IMG/VR virus record: IMGVR_UViG_3300029745_000141
Strand: one strand, 5' to 3'
Length of the DNA stretch: 7,002 bases
DNA from: a virus
Lineage: Duplodnaviria; Heunggongvirae; Uroviricota; Caudoviricetes
Notes under the pieces: model-generated
Told to the model about the DNA's origin: nothing
Database searches by the model: none
What the model saw: the letters and a program-made list of their open reading frames with translations, nothing else
In this document: positions 7,001 to 7,002 of the stretch, in pieces
How the letters are laid out: each line of letters opens with the position of its first letter
Numbering within the stretch: position 1 is the stretch's first letter
Position numbers and translations under genes: made by a program

Positions 7001-7002
7001 CA

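Noticed and set aside
6933-7002. Plus-strand ORF start [23 protein letters not shown]... running off the window
   Set aside because: No clear Shine-Dalgarno and rare AGA/AGG codons. The minus-strand frame, with its stop overlapping the Rz start, is slightly more plausible. Kept only as an alternative in the findings.
1-7002. Defence systems, toxin-antitoxin pairs, CRISPR arrays, tRNA or integrase genes
   Set aside because: Looked for on both strands. Every long ORF is accounted for by lambdoid morphogenesis or lysis genes, and there are no direct-repeat arrays or tRNA-like structures. I found no basis for claiming a novel system in this window.

Overview
The window is the packaging/head-morphogenesis end of a lambda-like (lambdoid) phage or prophage, most likely from an enterobacterial host, shown in reverse orientation to the usual lambda map. 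All supported genes are on the minus strand. Reading right to left: the 3' end of an unidentified ORF, the Rz/Rz1 spanin pair (Rz1 embedded out of frame inside Rz), a short non-coding interval, an intact lambda-type cos site (cosQ, cosN, cosB), then small terminase (Nu1-like), large terminase (gpA-like), gpW-like head completion protein, portal (gpB-like), head protease gpC-like with a nested Nu3-like scaffold start, and the 5' end of a gpD-like decoration gene. Gene identities rest on remembered similarity to lambda proteins, not on a database search. I see no tRNA, CRISPR array, integrase, transposase or recognisable defence system here. Despite the prompt, I do not find a novel system: the window is a conventional lambdoid late region. 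The points worth a second look are a perfect 7-1-7 Fur-box-like palindrome beside cos, a threefold expansion of a C-terminal repeat in the protease/scaffold gene, a very compact Rz-to-cos interval with no bor-like gene, and a hydrophobic-tailed upstream ORF that does not look like a lambda R endolysin.
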